A DNA stretch of 64,000 bases, from the NCBI GenBank assembly GCA_051530055.1, contig CM121342.1, positions 124,001 to 188,000 of the forward strand. Reading direction: 5' to 3'. A program made the translations under genes and the position numbers. The notes under the pieces were generated by a model. The model searched no databases, was not told the origin of the DNA, and saw only the letters and a list, made by a program, of their open reading frames with translations. Source of the DNA: Neoechinorhynchus agilis. Taxonomy: Eukaryota > Animalia > Acanthocephala. This document shows, in pieces, positions 60,670-64,000 of the stretch. How positions within the stretch are numbered: position 1 is the stretch's first letter; each line of letters starts with the position of its first letter.

Positions 60670-63540
60670 TCCAATGATTATTAAAATATTATCCGAGAAA
60701 AACATAGACTTGCGCGTGCAAATTCCATATTACGGAGAACCCAATGATCGGTTGGTCAGAATGATAAATCGCCTAAAGCGAGACTTCCCTTCTTTTCCAG
60801 TCAATGCACAAAAATCCGAGAAAAAGATAGACTTGCGCATACAAATTTCATATTACTGAGAACCCGGACTTCGGTTGCTCAGAATGAAAAATCGCACAAA
60901 GCGAGACATATCTTCTATTCCAGTAAATTCACTAAAGTTAGAGAAAAATATAGACTTGCGCATGGAAATTCCACTTTATTAAAGACCCCATTGTTCGGTT
61001 GGTCAGAATGCAAAATCGCACAAATCGATATTTCGATTCTTTTCCAGTCAATGCAATAAAATCCGAGAAAAACACAGACTTGCTTTTTCAAATTCTTTAT
61101 TATTGAGACGCAAGCTTTCGGTTGCTCAGAATGAAAAATCGCACAGCGCGATTTCCCTTCTATTCCAGTAAATGCACTAAAATTCGAGAAAAACATGGAC
61201 TTCGCCGACTGAGACGCAAGTGTTCGGTTGGTCAGAATGATAAATCGCACAAAGCGAGACAGCCCTTCAATTCCAGTTAATGAACTAAAATCTGAGAAAA
61301 ACATAGATTTGCGCGTGCAAATTCCATATTACTAAGATCCCCGTGTTCGGTTGCTCAGAATGAAAAATCGCACAGCGCGATTTCCCTTCTATTTCAGTAA
61401 ATGCACTAAAATTCGAGCAAAACGTGGACTTGGCCGCACAACTTCCATATTACTGAGATGCAATTGTTTGGTTGGTCAGATTGATGAATCGCACAATGCG
61501 GATTTATTTTCAATTCCAATCAATGACCTGATGTCCGAGAAAAACATAGACGTGCGCGTACAAATTCTATATTACTGAGAACAAAGTGTTCGGTTGGTCA
61601 GAATGATAAATCGAACAAAGCGAGACAGCCCTTCAATTCCTGTTAATGAACTAAAATCTGAGAAAACATAGACTTGCGCGTGCAAATTCCATATTACTGA
61701 GACGCAAGTGTTCGGTTGCTCAGAATGATAAATCACACAAAGCGAGACTTCCCTTCTATTCCAGTCAATGCACTAAAATTCGAGAAAAACCTAAACTTGG
61801 GCACACAAATTCGATATTACTAAGATCCCCGAGTTCGGTTGGTCATAATGATAAATCGCACAAAGCGAGACTTACCTTCTATTCCAGTAAAATCCGAGGA
61901 AAACATGGACTTGGCCGAACAAATTCCATATTACTGAGACGAAAGTGTTCGGTTGGTCAGATTGATGAATGGCACAAAGCGGGATTTATTTTCAATTCCA
62001 ATCAATGACGTGATATCCGAGAAAAACATAGACTTGCGCTTACAAATTCCATATTACTGAGAACCCAGTGTTCGGTTGGTCAGAATGATAAATCGCACAA
62101 AGCGAGACTTCCCTTCTATTCCAGTTAATGAACTAAAATCCGAGAAAAACATAGACTTGCGAGTGCAAATTATATATTACTGAGACGCAAGTGTTCGGTT
62201 GGTCAGAATGATAAATCGCACAGAGCGAGACTTCCCTTCTATTGCAGTCAATGCACTAAAATCCGAGAAAAAACGTAGACTTGCGCACACAAATTCAAAA
62301 TTACTGACGCAAAAGTTCGGTTGGTCAGAATGAAAAATCGCACAAAGCGAGAGATATTTTCTATACCAATCAATGACCTGATATCCGAGAAAAACATAGA
62401 CTTGCGCGTGCAAATTCCATATTACGGAGAACCCAATGATCGGTAGGTCAGAATGATAAATCGCATAAAGCGAGACTTCCCTTCTCTTCCAGTCAATGCA
62501 CAAAAATCCGAGAAAAAGATAGACTTGCGCATACAAATTCAATATTACAAAGACCCCAGTGTTCAATTGGTTAGAATGATATATCGCACAAATCGATACT
62601 TATCTTCTATTCCAGTTAATGAACTAAAATCCGAGAAAAACATAGACTTGCGCGTGCAAATTCCATATAATTAAGATCCCCGTGTTCGGTTGCTCAGAAT
62701 GAAAAATCGCACAGCGAGATTTCCCTTCTATTTCAGTAAATGCACTAAAATTCGAGAAAAACGTGGACTTGGCCGCACAAATTCCATATTACTGAGACGC
62801 AAGTGTTCGGTTGGTCAGATTGATGAATCGCACAAAGCAGGATTTATTTTCAATTCCAATCAATGACCTGATATCCGAGAAAAACATAGACTTGCGCTTA
62901 CAAATTCCATATTACTGAGAACCAAGTGTTCGGTTGGTGAGAATGATAAATCGAACAAAGCGAGACAGCCCTTCAATTCCAGTCAATGAACTAAAATCCG
63001 AGAAAAACATAGACTTGCGAGTGCAAATTATATATTACTGAGACGCAAGTGTTCGGTTGGTCAGAATGATAAATCGCACAGAGCGAGACTTCCCTTCTAT
63101 TGCAGTCAATGCACTAAAATCCGAGAAAAAACGTAGACTTGCGCACACAAATTCAAAATTACTGACGCAAAAGTTCGGTTGGTCAGAATGATAAATCGCA
63201 CAAAGCGGGATTTATTTTCTATTCCAATCAATGACCTGATATCCGAGAAAAACATAGACTTGCGCGTGCAAATTCCATATTACTGAGACGCAAGTGTTCG
63301 GTAGGTCAGATTGATAAATCGCACAAAGCGGGATTTATTTTCTATTCCAGTCTATGACCTGATATCCGAGAAAAACATAGACTTGCGCGTGCAAATTCCA
63401 TATTACTGAGACGCAAGTGTTCGGTTGCTCAGAATGATAAATCACACAAAGCGAGACTTCCCTTCTATTCCAGTCAATGCACTAAAATCCGAGAAAAACG
63501 TAGACTTGCGCACACAAATTCCAAATTACTGTGACGCAAG
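60670..63540. repeat. Tandem satellite, ~121 bp unit, ~24 copies (family D)
   Basis: GAGAAAAACATAGACTTGCGC..AAATTCCATATTACTGAG..GTTCGGTTGGTCAGAATGATAAATCGCAC recurs every ~121 bp. Confidence 0.96.
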
Positions 63541-63559
63541 TCACCGAGAATGTACTTAC

Positions 63560-64000
63560 TTGCTAAAGTACATTAATATCCAGTCAAATTTCGTCCCATA
63601 GTTGCAGCTCATTCCACCTTTTGCACTGCTATATCCCGACGGATTGCTAGTATGCTCCGTAGTACATTAGGGAGCTCTGTTCACGGTGTGATGAATGGAA
63701 GGGATATTATTACAAAACTTCGATCGGAATGGAAACCAAACTGTAAAATGCTTTCAGCTGATGTGACTTCACTTTTCACGAAAATCCCGATCAATCGAAC
63801 AATTGAGTTGGCCATTCCGCTTCTCCTTCTAAACAATGAATGGAAGCTAACCAAGACCGACTGGAAGGGGCTCTTAGAGTTCTGTACCAAGTCTGTCAAT
63901 TTCCAGTTCGACGGAAGGGATTTCCAACAGAAAAATGGAGTGGCGATGGGAAGTCCTCTTGCTCCTGTCTTAGCGGAGGTATACATGAGACAATGGGAAT
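63560..64000 (+). mobile_element. Penelope-like element RT, runs off the window end
   Basis: MLSADVTSLFTKIPI; NFQFDGRDFQQKNGVAMGSPLAPVLAEVYM. Confidence 0.9.

Noticed and set aside
60674-62674. ORFs in the 121 bp satellite
   Set aside because: Repetitive translations of satellite monomers with no protein motifs
1-64000. tRNA, 5S, 5.8S or 18S genes; prokaryotic systems
   Set aside because: No supporting motifs were seen by eye; the content is consistently eukaryotic TE/rDNA

Overview
Eukaryotic (almost certainly animal, long-branch rRNA) repeat-rich genomic DNA, about 90% transposon debris, satellites and rDNA pieces. It is dominated by at least a dozen decayed, mutually divergent R2-like non-LTR retrotransposon segments (RT plus restriction-like endonuclease) on both strands. 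Several of their 3' ends abut the canonical 28S R2 target (TAGCCAAATGCCTCGTCATCTAATTAGTGACG) or short 28S fragments. Also present: a ~2.5 kb orphan 28S rRNA copy ending in a truncated R2 insertion, Gypsy LTR elements, CR1/L2-, RTE-, CRE- and Penelope-like LINE fragments, four tandem-repeat families (453 bp, ~21 bp TGACGTCA, ~150-195 bp, ~121 bp) and one host gene (REEP/TB2-DP1-HVA22 family). The most notable observation is that the R2-like proteins carry, between their N-terminal zinc fingers and the RT, an OTU-deubiquitinase-like segment whose catalytic Cys and His are replaced in every copy that covers them, and no Myb domain is recognisable. Also notable: R2 copies chained through short 28S spacers (possible second target near +41), a satellite containing this organism's 28S R2-upstream motif, and a ~0.9 kb non-R2 cassette sitting at an R2-type junction. 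Coordinates and alignments are by eye and approximate; no database searches were run.
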